DNA from: Octopus vulgaris
Lineage: Eukaryota
Direction: 5' to 3'
Assembly (NCBI GenBank): GCA_951406725.2
Contig: OX597814.1
Span: 164,734,001-164,798,000 of the forward strand
DNA length: 64,000 nucleotides
The notes beneath the pieces are model-generated. The model did not search any database. It was not told where the DNA came from and saw only the letters and a list, made by a program, of their open reading frames with translations. This document shows positions 17,487 to 30,368 of this stretch, in pieces. How positions within the stretch are numbered: position 1 is the stretch's first letter; each line of letters begins with the position of its first letter. Position numbers and translations under genes: made by a program.

Positions 17487-18604
17487 GCGAGCGTATAGGT
17501 GCACAATGGCGGTAGCTCAAAGAAATAAAAGGCTCGTCGGTGCTCTACCAACATGCTCAAACAGAACATAGGGGCTCGCTTGATAGCATACAGGTTAAGG
17601 TATTATCAAGGCATAAGAAATGACACGACACTTAGACAGATCACAGAGGCTATACACATAGCAATAGACAGACCGAACCTAAACAGAAAACACAAATGAA
17701 ACAATAACACCCACAACCACACCAAACAACATGACGACTAAAGACAGAAGGGAAAAAAAACAGATACAATCAAGTAGACAAATATGCACATACCTATGAT
17801 AAATATAAGAAATAGAAATTAAACGAAAAAACTGTATAAAGGACACAGATACAAACAACATAGTAAACGAACCCATATACACACACAAGCACATATACAG
17901 TAACTTCACAAACGGCCGCAACAACATCAACAACACAACCAACAACGACAACGGCAACAGCGGCAACAAGAACAAGAACATCAACCACGATTGCAGCGGC
18001 GTGGGCGAACACACAAACACAAATAAAGGAACTGTACAAAAAGTCGATATCAGCGACGGCAGCAGCGACAACGGGGGAGGCACGGGGCTGAGAGGTGGGT
18101 CACAGTGCTACTAAGCACAACGACACACACACGGACACACACACGCACACCCACACATACACACACATATACATACACAAATACAAGTGCAAATACTTGT
18201 GCATATAAGGATACACGTCATAGAAGAACAGAATGGACTAAGCGAGCAGGAGCACACACGAAGACGGAAAGTGTCGCTGAAGAGGTCACAGATGTATGAC
18301 GAAGGATTGCAGGACAATGGACATGAGTGAGAATAAGAACAGTAATAAACGAGTGAAGAACGAATATATAGTGCCTCGGTTTATTTAGCAAAAAAAAAAA
18401 AAAAATATCATCCCAAAATAAAACAACGGTTTCATATTGCAATTGATGCAACAGGAATTCATAAAGGTATATATATATATTTGAAAATTTAGCTTCTGTT
18501 TTTCGTTTTCCGTTGTTTACTGTCTGCGTTTTCTATATGCTGCTTTTCAGTTTTTTTGCGTTTCTTTTATTATTCAATTTCTTTAGTTCGTTATGATATG
18601 TGGT

Positions 18605-18662
18605 TTGCGCCTGAAGAATATGTTTGAGTCCCCTCAACATATGAAACTATTGTATTGTGATC
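18605..18662 (+). ncRNA. Hammerhead motif with long helix II, partly decayed
   Basis: CTGAAGA-atatgtttgag/tccc/ctcaacatat-GAAA-ctattg-TA; helix I and III mismatches. Confidence 0.55.
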
Positions 18663-18676
18663 TTTAAATAAATAAT

Positions 18677-19061
18677 ACTCTTACTCTTTACTCTTTGACT
18701 TTTTTCAGTAATTTGACTGTGGCCATGCTGGAGCACCGCCTTTAGTTGAGCAAATCGAGCCCAGAACTTATTCTTTGTAAGCCTAGTACTTATTCTATCG
18801 GTCTTTTTTGCCGAACTGCTAAGTTACGGAGACACACCAGCATCGGTTTTCAAGCGATGTCGGAGGAAACAAACACAGACACACAAACATATACACGCAC
18901 ATACATATATATACATATATACGACGGGCTTCTTTCAGTTTCCGTCTACCAAATCCGCTCACAAGGCTTTGGTTGGCCCGAGGCTATAGTAGAAGTGGGA
19001 CTGAACACAGAACCATGTGGTTCGTAAGCAAGCTACTTACCACACAGCCACTCCTACGCCT
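18677..19061 (-). mobile_element. SINE family A
   Basis: Near full-length reverse-complement match to 25289-25709. Confidence 0.9.
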
Positions 19062-19907
19062 AATATTTATCTCTCACCAGACGGAGTACTTTTCTTTTGT
19101 TGAATCTTCTATCACGGATCAGTACATAGATATACACACACATACACACACGCACACAAACGTACGCACACACATACACACATACGGAAGGCAGAAAATG
19201 AACGGCAAATAACAAAGAGTAATAAAGGAATGCAAAGAAAAACAAAATAAGCCACACCCCTACTTCTTAGCTCTGACCACCAAAGAATAACGTATAACAA
19301 ACTATTACAAAACATTCCGACTAAGTAAAATAAAGGACACCTTAACGTTTGCATAAAAGACAACCAAAGACGTTACTCTGCTTTTACTGAGCTACCTGGA
19401 ACATATGAAAATATGACTGTCAGAGATAAGATTAAAGCATTTTTCTTTTGCTTTTTTGCGATACTATGGGGTGCAAAAACAGCACAAATATAGAGATAAT
19501 GATACTGACAATAATACTGTTAATTAGGATGATAATGATGTCGGCAATGAGAAATAAAATAGTCTCTAGTGTAAGCATTGTAACTTTCATGGATGATAAA
19601 TCTGTTAAGAAGACCAGAATGTCAAGAGAAGTGATGAACCTACCGCATACTGACAACTGACATTTGTAATAAGGATAAATACACCATCCATCTTTTTTCC
19701 TCCCTCTTCCTGGCTGTACGTACATGTGCGTGTGCACAGAAATATATCATAACGAACATACAGCTATAGGTGCTATAGAAAGTACTAAAGGAGACAGTCA
19801 AACTCCTTGTCATCCGAGGAGAGAGAATATGGAATTCATGTCAGTGTGGACGTGGTATACGGGTAACTGAAAGAAAACAGTGATGGCTACATTTTTGCAA
19901 CACGCCA

Positions 19908-19994
19908 GTATGTATGTATGTATGTATGTATGTATGTATGTATGTATGTATGTATGTATGTATGTATGTATGTATGTATGTATGTATGTATGTA

Positions 19995-20026
<32 letters not shown>

Positions 20027-20190
20027 CATGCATGCATGTATGTATGTATGTATGTATGTATGTATGTATGTATGTATGCATGCATGCATGTATGTATGTA
20101 TCTATGTATGTATGTATGCATGCATGCATGTATGTATGTATCTATGTATGTATGTATGCATGTATGCATGTATGTATGTATATATGTATG

Positions 20191-20224
<34 letters not shown>

Positions 20225-20508
20225 TGTATGTATGTATGTATGTATGTATGCATGCATGCATGTATGTATGTGTATATGTATGTATATATGTATGTATGCA
20301 TGCATGTATGTATGTATATATGTATGTATGTATGTATGTATGCATGTATGCATGTATGTATGTATATATGCATGTATATATGTATGTATGCATGTATGTA
20401 TGTATATATGTATGTATGTATGTATGTATGCATGCATGCATGCCTGCATGTATGTATGTATGTATGTATGTATGTATGTATGTATGTATGTACGTATGTA
20501 TGTATGTA
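19908..20508. repeat. ~600-bp (TATG)n/(CATG)n compound microsatellite
   Basis: Direct tetranucleotide array. Confidence 0.95.
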
Positions 20509-21140
20509 TCTTTATGTGTGTATGCGTGTGTCCGTGTATACATATTTTTATGTTTGTATACATACATTTTACACACACACACACACATATTAATGTGTAT
20601 TTTTGTTGAAACCAAACTGACATGAAGCATTGTTATATATAATATCCAGAATCTCGAAATATGTGTCTTATTATGTTTAATTATATCCAATCATATTCTA
20701 CTTTTGCTTATCTCATTCTGAATGTTTGCTGTCATTTTTTCTTACCCCTAGGACATTTGCATTCTCCTCTAATGATATTTGTCTCGCCTTACTGTCATAA
20801 AGCGTTAAATGCTAACACTCTTATCGTACCACTCACACTACTTACAATTATTAATAAACAAAGCTATACTAATTGACCGCAAACAATTCCCACCAGTATT
20901 TCTACTCCTTACTCCGCTTGCTCTGTTTCGCAACATTTTAGTCAGCAATTTTGATAAACAGCCTTGATCTCTACCATGTAGTAACAGTGGAAGTTCTTTT
21001 TTAAGCTAGTCTAAGGTGTAGTAGATGATGGCGATAATTAGTAGTGTTCATGAGTTTTGCACTCGTACAATTGGAGGTGAAGCAGACAGTAAACGTACTG
21101 AATTTTTCCGTGGTGCAGCTTTCACCATAGCTATCTTAAT

Positions 21141-21373
21141 GTATGTCCGGTTAGTTCACCGTCATCAATTCACCTCAAAGAAAGTTTACCGTCATCAATT
21201 CACAGTTTTAATTTATTTCTTTTTAAATAAAATAGTTTTTAATTATTAATGGTGAGATACTATGGATATATTTTTTCGGTAAACTTTCCTCGGGGGCGAA
21301 CTTTCCTCACGGTGAACTTTCTTCACGATGAAATGATGGCGGTGAACTGATGGCAGTGAACTTACTTGTAATC
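21141..21373. mobile_element. MITE with ~15-bp subterminal repeats and 8-bp TSD
   Basis: atcttaat on both sides (21133-21140, 21374-21381); gttcaccgtcatca repeats on the left, tgatggcggtgaac repeats on the right; possibly MULE/foldback type. Confidence 0.75.
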
Positions 21374-21486
21374 ATCTTAATGAGGTGTGGTGGGTAAGAG
21401 GATTACTCAATGATAGCAGAATCCCACTTCACAGTAACCAGAAGGTTCTGCAGTAAAATCAAGAGCTTGAAAGCCGTGCGATTTGC

Positions 21487-21920
21487 GTAGGCATGTCTGT
21501 GTGGATTATATCACTTCATGATTACGTAGTTTCAGGTTCAATGCCACTCCTTGCTACATGGATAAGTATCATTTGTAATAGTTACTGTTCGGTCAATGCC
21601 TTGTGAGTGAATGCAGTAGATGGAAACTGTGTAAGCCCTTTGAGCGTGTGTGTGTGTATATACCGATGTGTGTATGTATATAATATGTATGTGTGTGCGT
21701 GTGCGCGTGCGTGTGTGTGTATTTGTGTGATTGGGCGTTTTTGCGTTCGTCTTTCACAGACTGACGACCAGTGTTAGTTTGCTTATGTTCTAGTAACTTA
21801 GCGACTGGTGGAATAAAGATCAAAATTAAAACTAGTATTTGGAATCGATTTCATTGACTTTACGCTTCAAGGTGTTGCTCCAACTTGGATGCCATTTAAA
21901 AAAATAAGACAATAAAAGAA
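21487..21920 (+). mobile_element. SINE family A, highly diverged
   Basis: aggcatgtctgtgtgg...gccttgtgagtga...gtagatggaaactg. Confidence 0.6.
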
Positions 21921-22519
21921 AGTATGAATGTATCCTTCACCTTTTGTTATGATAGTCACGAAAGGATCGCTATGGTGCATAAATTCCCCTTACTTCTGGA
22001 TGACTTGGTTTCGATATTAGGTACTTTGAGGCTTTGTTTGGGTGAAGGATTTGAAGGGACGTGTATTGGAAAATGATTTCGATCACTTGATTGGTAGTCT
22101 TAGATGTTTTGGCCTGAGGTAGTTGGTGCAGACTTGACTGAGCTCTGACCAGTTAATACCAGATACTGCGGTAAGTGTTGCACGGGTTACTAGTTGTAAT
22201 ATTTGATACCCAAGCAGGACTCAAACGTTCTATGTCGGAGATATATTAATGATTGGGTAACGTTTATAATTGGAGGTCTAAACCAGATTACATTTGGTGT
22301 GTCGGGAGGTCATGAGTACGGGTAAGAATGGGTACTAACTTTTGCAAACAAATGAGAGTGGTAAATGTTGAAATGGAACGTCTGCAAGTATTAGGAAGAA
22401 GAGGAAAAGAATTGTACATATCGTAGTCATAGACAACTCCACAGGCAGGTGAGCGGTGATATATGTATTCGGTACATGACAGGAGATATTTAACAAATGA
22501 ACGTAAAGTTTTTAAAACA

Positions 22520-22671
<152 letters not shown>

Positions 22672-24029
22672 CATATAAAGATATGTTTATACACATATAT
22701 ATGCATGTATGTAGGCCGGCAGGTAAGTAGATAGCTAAGTAGGTATGTAGGTAGGTATGTATAGTAATACAGGACTCGCCAAAAATGACGGTTGACATTG
22801 AACTTGAATAAAGGATGCTATAACAGTTGAAGCCGCCATTTCACATCCCTTCGTATGATCCACGATGAAGAATTTTCCATATTCTTCTGCCTTTCCACAT
22901 TCACTGCTATGATATTCTTTTCTTAATTTTCAGTACAGAATTAATCTCTCAAAGGGCTCAGGCATATTTTTGACAAATGTAATGACATTATATTATAATA
23001 GCCGGATGTTAATTACCTCAGAAAGATAAAAGATAAGATTTTATTACAAAGATTGAGGCTTTTGAGCACCTCTGTTAATGAAGGAAATTTTAATTAGCAT
23101 CCTGTTGTAACTCGGAGTGGATTGGAGGATAAGTTTGTTTTATGAACAATAGGGTTATCGGTTGTAAAACCTGAAGTAGATGTAAACATATTACATCATT
23201 TAGCACTTTACTTTCAAAAGGAGGATGCCCTTTCTATGATTGAAGTTTTTTGTACTATTAGATAAGGATTTTTCAGTCCAGCATAGGAACCACAAAATTA
23301 CTAAGTGAAATGCAATGAGATTATCGAATTCATCAAGTGATTGCAACCCCATTAAAACGAAAACTTGTCTCAAGGAGAATAGTAGTCTAGTAAAAAAAAA
23401 ATCAGTGTATGATTCAAAATAGATATGTATTTAACTGCTTATTAGTTTAAAGGTAGTTACAAGATGCATAATCTCTTGTTTCGTAATGAAACTAGAAGTG
23501 AGATGACTTCATAGTCACGTTAATTTCATGGCCACGTTATGTTCGAGAGTTGAAGAGATCCAGTATCTATTACGAACCGAATTAAACCATTGTAACGAAT
23601 GCTAAAGCATTGACATCTTTATGATTAGTATACTGTAATGGTGATGAGCCAGCAATGAACACCTCAACAGAAATTCAAGGAATGTTGCCTCTTTTGGTGG
23701 ACGAAATCTAAAGCATTCCTTCTCTACTCTCTGAATCATAAAAGCTAATTTCAACTTGATATTATCTAAGCTTAATTTATATAAGTGTATACATATATGT
23801 ACGCGGACATACATAAAGTTTTGATATATATTTTTAAAATCAGTTTGTTTACTAGTTTTGAAATCAATGTTTTTAACGGAGTTTATTAAATCTGTTTTTA
23901 ATCATTCATTACATTGTACTACAACCATGTTTAACTGGTTTGCGGCGGTCTACTTAGATAAGTTGATATGATAATTGAGTATAGAAATAGCCTGGAGGCA
24001 TATAGAAATAACATGTATATATAATAATA

Positions 24030-24114
<85 letters not shown>

Positions 24115-24189
24115 TGAGGGAATATTATTCCAAACTTACATGGAAAATTTCAATTTCGAAATACTAAATCAAATTTCCCAAAATATAAT

Positions 24190-24533
24190 ATATATATATA
24201 TAAATTAGAAAAACCCCACCTTTTATCAATTCAATAAGATATTTCGTATTTTAGAAGATTATTTACGTATATTTATTAATTTATCTAATTAATTATTTTA
24301 TTATTGTTGTTATCTTTAACCTAGTATTATTTTTACTATTACCATTTCTTAAATATAGCCACGAAACACGTGTCGTTATTCTACCAAATATATAAGTTTT
24401 ATTTATTATTTTGCACATCACTTAATCATCGTTATATGTTTTATCTTATATTTAATCTTTCTATAATATGTAATTTTTTTAAATGGCATAATTTAATTTT
24501 TCATTATTGAATTGATAAAAGGTGTTTTTTTTC

Positions 24534-24545
<12 letters not shown>
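24190..24545. mobile_element. AT-rich element with ~40-bp inverted ends and a hammerhead remnant
   Basis: aaattagaaaaaccccaccttttatcaattcaataa / ttattgaattgataaaaggtg...tctaattt; internal GAAA-cacgtg-TC. Confidence 0.55.
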
Positions 24546-24616
<71 letters not shown>

Positions 24617-25098
24617 GCGTGTGTGTGTTTGTCCCCCCCTACTAATACAACTGGTATTAGCGCTTTTAACTACCCGTAATCAAGCAGTTCGGCAAACGAG
24701 ATCAACAGAAAAAGTGCTAGGTTTAAGAAAATAAGTATTGGAGGCGATTCAGTTGACTAAAATTCTTCATGGTCGCTGTTTAATGAGTGAAACGAATAAA
24801 CGAATAGAAGAATAAATAAATGTATCAGAATGGTGTGGGCGGGTTTAAGAGTGGTGGTAGTCGCAGGAGGAATTTGAATGGACCTCTAGTAAGAGACATA
24901 AACTCATCTAGTAAGAGACATAACTGCTCCGATTGTATATCAAATGTGAATTTCATAAATTTGTTCATATTTCGATATGTCTTAATTGAGGAAATTGCTA
25001 GCCACTACTAACTCCATCAACACGGATAACATAAAAAGCCAAAATGCTTAGCTCTGTTCCACTTGGGTAGGAAAATCTGGCTCTAAACTTAACACGAA

Positions 25099-25187
<89 letters not shown>

Positions 25188-25288
25188 ATGTTTAGCGCCA
25201 CCGAAACACGATTGTCCCCTACGAATCGATGATACTACCATTTTAACTTCGTAACCAGCTAGATTGCTTGTTATATATATATATATAT

Positions 25289-25709
25289 AGGCGCAGGAAT
25301 GGCTGTATGGTAAGTAGCTTGCTTACCAACTACATGGTCCCGGGTTCAGCCCCACTGCGTGGCACCTTGGGTGTCTTCTACTATAGCCTCCGGCCGACCA
25401 AAGCCTTGTGAGTGGATTTGGTAGACGGAAACTGGAAGAAGCCCGTCGTATATATATATATATATATATATGTATATGTATGTGTGTATATGTTTGTGTG
25501 TCTGTCCCCCGCCAGCATCGCTTGACAACCGATGCTGGTGTGTTTAGGTCCCCGTAACTTAGGGGTTCGGCAAAAGGGACCGATAGTACTAGGCTGGTAA
25601 GTATTAGGCTTACAAAGAATAAGCTCCGGGGTAGATTTGCTCGACTATAAAGGCGTTGCACCAGCATGGCCGCAGTCAAATGACTGAAACAAGTAAAAGA
25701 GTAAAGAGT
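25289..25709 (+). mobile_element. SINE family A, full-length reference copy
   Basis: A box tggctgtatgg, B box ggttcagccc, internal (TA)/(TG) tract, gtaaaaga-repeat tail; about 12 homologs in the window. Confidence 0.92.
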
Positions 25710-25711
25710 AT

Positions 25712-25773
<62 letters not shown>

Positions 25774-25778
<5 letters not shown>

Positions 25779-26166
25779 GTGTAGGAAGAAATGGAGCTGA
25801 ACGAACATTCAGAATACATTCACACTCTTTGATTTTCGTGTACTCCCCTTCTGTTAACCGGATTTTGACCTTGAATTATCTCAACGGACTTTCTCGTCGG
25901 CTTTCACCCAGCCTGGCGTCAACGCATATTGATAGACAGTTTGTGCCATTTATTCCATGGGCTCCTCGTGAGCGTTTGTCGAAAAGCTTACTGTGCATTT
26001 TGTTGGAGAATTAAGTTCCTGGATTTTCCTGAAGAGAAGGCTGCAAAATGGACTCCTTATTCAATCCGAATTAGGGACTTTGCAGCCTTTGAAACATATG
26101 TAGAAAATAATAAAAAGGAATTTTGTTAAATCTTCGTTCAGCTCCATTTCTTCCTACACTAAATAT
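25774..26166 (+). mobile_element. ~390-bp non-coding element with ~38-bp inverted termini carrying an intact hammerhead
   Basis: atttagtgtaggaagaaatggagctgaacgaa / ttcgttcagctccatttcttcctacactaaat; adjacent to (TA)n. Confidence 0.8.
26023..26108 (+). ncRNA. Type I hammerhead ribozyme, canonical core, extended helix II
   Basis: attttc-CTGAAGA-g-aaggctgcaaa/31-nt loop/tttgcagcctt-t-GAAA-catatg-TA-gaaaat; all helices pair. Confidence 0.8.
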
Positions 26167-26336
26167 ATAAAACTTCAAATTTCCGCACCAAGGCACGGAT
26201 TTTAGGCCCCATGGTCGTAACCTCAATCGTGCTTTTTCTGTTGTGATTTTTGCTACCCAGGTATCGGTTATCATTTGAATAATCCGTAATAAGATAATTC
26301 ATTTATCTACTTCAATATATATATATATATATATAT

Positions 26337-26705
26337 ATACGAGCAAAACGCCCCCCATCCAATGAGTTGTGAAACATTTAAACCAAATTTTCTAAAAACA
26401 ACTTGTCAGGCCGTCCCATTTTGTGGCGCAAAAAAAGCCAGCTGGCCTTTTTTGCGCAAACTGCACGTGCATTTTTCTCGCGTACGCGTAGTATCGATCG
26501 CAACAGCTGATGTACTTGCGCATAAAAATACACATTTCAACAGCTTTTTCGATCCCATTCTCACCTGGAATCGATTTTCATAATGTTTTCACGCCCTGAT
26601 ACCGTCGGTATCTACATATCAAATTTGAGCGCAATCAGATGGAGGATGCCCGAGATCCTAGAAGACACAAACACCGACAGACAGAACGGATTTAATATAA
26701 TAGAT
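26337..26705 (-). mobile_element. Non-autonomous Helitron/Helentron-like element
   Basis: Minus 5' aTCtattatattaaat...ctgtctgtc, internal caaatttgagcgcaatc, degenerate 3' CTAG-like end. Confidence 0.55.
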
Positions 26706-26762
26706 AACGGAGATGCACTTGCATAACAAGTGACCTGATCTGAAATCGTGTGCTGAAACAAA

Positions 26763-27112
<350 letters not shown>

Positions 27113-27656
27113 TTTTGCGTTGTGGTAGGGGTCAGTTTTGGTGACATTCACTTACACATGATGACTCATAATATTTTCACTGCAGAAATCAATCATACTA
27201 TATAAATGAATACTTACCTGTCGAACTCGCCCCAACGTATACAGCTTACCAACTATCTCAGTTATGCAGTTTTAAAAAGAAATTTGCATATTAGGCCTGT
27301 CATATTTTGCGGAACTATATTGATAAACTCATCACGTATTTTAAACAGTTATTAATTTAGAACAGCATTTATTATCTTATTATTTAGCCAACTATTTATT
27401 TAGTACAACGCTTGTTATCTTATTATCTAGCAATTACACTAGTTAACCTTGCATCTGTTTATTCAAGGTGACTCTTCCCTATCTTTCACCGCGTCCACAC
27501 TTTCTGCTCTTTTTATTTTTCAATATAATGTTTTCTTTGTGTTTAATAGTCCCAGATTTTGTTCAAGCGAATTTTTGTATTGTCCTTTCGTATACACACA
27601 TTCGTACACAGATAATACATACATACATGTGTACGTACATGTCTATGTACACACCC

Positions 27657-27744
<88 letters not shown>

Positions 27745-27751
27745 CCAATGC

Positions 27752-27949
27752 AGAGTAGTACAATTGCTTCATGCTACTTCATTTTATTAAACACTGTAAA
27801 TATTACATCAGTTTTAAAATGTCGAGCAATCTTCAGCCACATACAGAATTTTTCAGTTAAACGGCTGAAGCTTGCTCGACATTTTAAAACTGATGCAATA
27901 CTTACAGTGTTTAATAAAATGAATTAGCATGAAACAATTGTACTACTCT
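27752..27949. repeat. Fold-back with ~87-bp arms, each arm a hammerhead-like motif
   Basis: Plus CTGAAGC-ttgct...agcat-GAAA-caattg-TA-ctac; minus gtgg-CTGAAGA-ttgct...agcat-GAAG-caattg-TA-ctac. Confidence 0.8.
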
Positions 27950-28075
27950 ACCTTGGATATCCTTGTTGCTTATTTTGATTATAATCACCCCATTTGATTT
28001 ATATGGATAATACCATACGCAGTTCTGGTGCCTTTAACTTAAGTACCATATTCATCTGAATCTCTCTCTCCCTCC

Positions 28076-28117
<42 letters not shown>

Positions 28118-28118
<1 letters not shown>

Positions 28119-28325
28119 GTTAATCCAAACAAGAAATCACAAAAAAACACAACAACGCGAGGACGTGAAACAAATATAGTATTATTGGACGCTCAGGAAA
28201 GAAGGAAAGAAGGAGGGTTTAACGTTTCGAGCGGAGCTCTTCGTCGGAAACATAGGAGAAGGAAAGATCCAGAAAAGGGAAGACAGAGGAAAAAAATCGC
28301 CAACGGTACACACGAGGTCACACAT
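28118..28325 (-). mobile_element. Family E: ~205-bp PLE-terminal-repeat-like element with hammerhead (28217-28251)
   Basis: Near-identical to 60241-60447 and homologous to 34217-34425; gttt-CCGACGA-a-gagc/tcc/gctc-GAAA-cg-TT-aaac; flanked by (TA)n. Confidence 0.85.
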
Positions 28326-28359
28326 ATATATATATACGTATGTATGTATACACACACAC

Positions 28360-28575
28360 AAGAGATTGGTGAAAAGTTCCTGGCTTCAAGAGTGTCGCGA
28401 AAGTCTGGTTACAGGCTCAATCATTCGAGTTATTTTACAGGGCTTAGAAAAACTGAATGATCGCAACAACAAGTGTGAATCTGAGAGGGGAATATATTGA
28501 ACTAAATCATAATTAACTGATCCTCCTGTATCTTTTTTTACCCAAAGCCAGGAACATTTCAGCACATCTCGTATA
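28360..28575 (+). mobile_element. Mariner-derived MITE
   Basis: TIRs tgaaaagttcctggctt / aagccaggaacatttca; transposase C-terminal remnant (LEKL..R..KC..LRGEYIE); a related 3' end lies at 53125-53219. Confidence 0.7.
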
Positions 28576-28579
28576 CACA

Positions 28580-28644
<65 letters not shown>

Positions 28645-29113
28645 GTAACAAGAATATTTGGCTCGCTACCTAGAAATGAAACCCGAAACACTATGTTCAG
28701 ATAAGAAATAACTAAATAACACTAACAGGATCCTATCAAAGATTGATTACGTCACTAAAAACTCACCACTCAAATCTCCGATAGGAAAAGGATGTCATGA
28801 ATTTTATTGTCTTTCTTTGATAGACATTAGCTAGATATGGTTTGTCTGCAAACTAACCAGTTGTCACAACTCAACCATGACCAACGGCTGCGCGAATCTG
28901 CCCCGCTCAGTATCGACTTTGGACCACGCCGACGATGAAAACACTCACAACCCAGCTAAAACCAATGGCTTCACGAACTTATGTCAATCAATTTACGCTA
29001 CACAATTGAACAACTGTTACGGTCAACTGTCATTGCTAATACTCACATTTCACACGAACTATTAGTTTCCAGTTTTGGCATAAGGACAGCAACTTCGGGT
29101 GGGTGGATACGCC

Positions 29114-29177
<64 letters not shown>

Positions 29178-29178
<1 letters not shown>

Positions 29179-29512
29179 AGGCGTAGGAGTGACTGTGTGG
29201 TAAGTAACTTGCTTACGAACCACATGGTTCCGGGTTTGGTAGACGGAAACTGAAAGAAGCCCGTCGTATATATGTATATATATATATGTATGCGTGTGTA
29301 TATGTTTTTGTGTCTGTGTTTGTCTCCCCAACATCGCTTGACAACCGATGCTGGTGTGTTTACGTCTCCGTAACTTAGCGGTTCGGCAAAAGAGACCGAT
29401 AAAGTAAGTACTATGCTTACAAAGAATAAGTCCTGAGGTCGATTTGCTCGACTAAAGGCGGTGCTCCAGCATGGCCACAGTCAACTGACTGAAACAAGTA
29501 AAAGAGTAAGAG
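29178..29512 (+). mobile_element. SINE family A, internally deleted
   Basis: Head and tail match 25289-25709. Confidence 0.9.
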
Positions 29513-29969
29513 TATATATATATATATATGCACACACATATGTACGTATGTGTGCACGTATGTTTTTTAAATTTGCTTTTTAATTTTCAGTTATTAAACT
29601 CGTTGTAAAATGGGCTGGTTTCTAAGAAAAGACGCGCCATTATGTAAATTTAGATGACAACAAGAGTATATCTAGTGTTTCAGAAAAGTTTCGCATATTT
29701 TCATTGTTCCACATGCAGACTGAAGATGCAAAGTACAAATTAGCTCTCTTTACCTAAAAACTCAGCTTTTCTAAGAACAAACATATATTGACATTATTCA
29801 GCGCCTTAGTAATTACAGGTACGAATAAATTTATAATCAGTGTAAGGAAGAAAAGTTCTCCTACTAACTAAACTTAAATGAACATTGTTGCTTGAAGCAT
29901 TGTGATGACGAAGTATGATAACAAAACAGTGAAAACAGAGAGCTTTTTACTATGCGAAAAGGAAAAAGT

Positions 29970-30020
29970 AGTTTAATACATTTTATGTATTTCAGGCACA
30001 AATGCCATCATCAGAAGGAA
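29970..30020 (-). ncRNA. Hammerhead-like motif with looped helix III, weak helix I
   Basis: Minus CTGATGA-t-ggca/tttg/tgcc-t-GAAA-tacat/aaa/atgta-TT. Confidence 0.45.
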
Positions 30021-30368
30021 TTTGTGACCTGAAATATATAAAGGCTATTGAGCCCTTGCCTTTTCTCACTGCAAGACGCTCTCCGTCTTCACTATTTTGT
30101 TACTTTACTAATCTTGAATGAACTGTTCATATCCACTGGAGCTGAGTACAACATAGCGTTTATTTTCTCTCGAACAACTATTATGTCGTTAAGTATGAAA
30201 TTTGTAGTAAGGTGTATGGTAAACTTTGACAGCTGCTCATTTTGCGCCATTATTATATTTTGGCAATCTTTATTTTTTGTTAGAAAGCTGACACATCTAT
30301 CTCTTTATTCTAGCTCATTCTGTGCTTTATAAAGTATTTATAAATCGCTTTTTGCTATTTTTTTAGAG

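Noticed and set aside
21141-21373. CRISPR-like short repeats
   Set aside because: Eukaryotic context, inverted arrangement with a TSD and no unique spacers; these are subterminal MITE repeats.
22115-22136. let-7-like start TGAGGTAGTTGG
   Set aside because: The 3' half does not match let-7 and there is no complementary arm.
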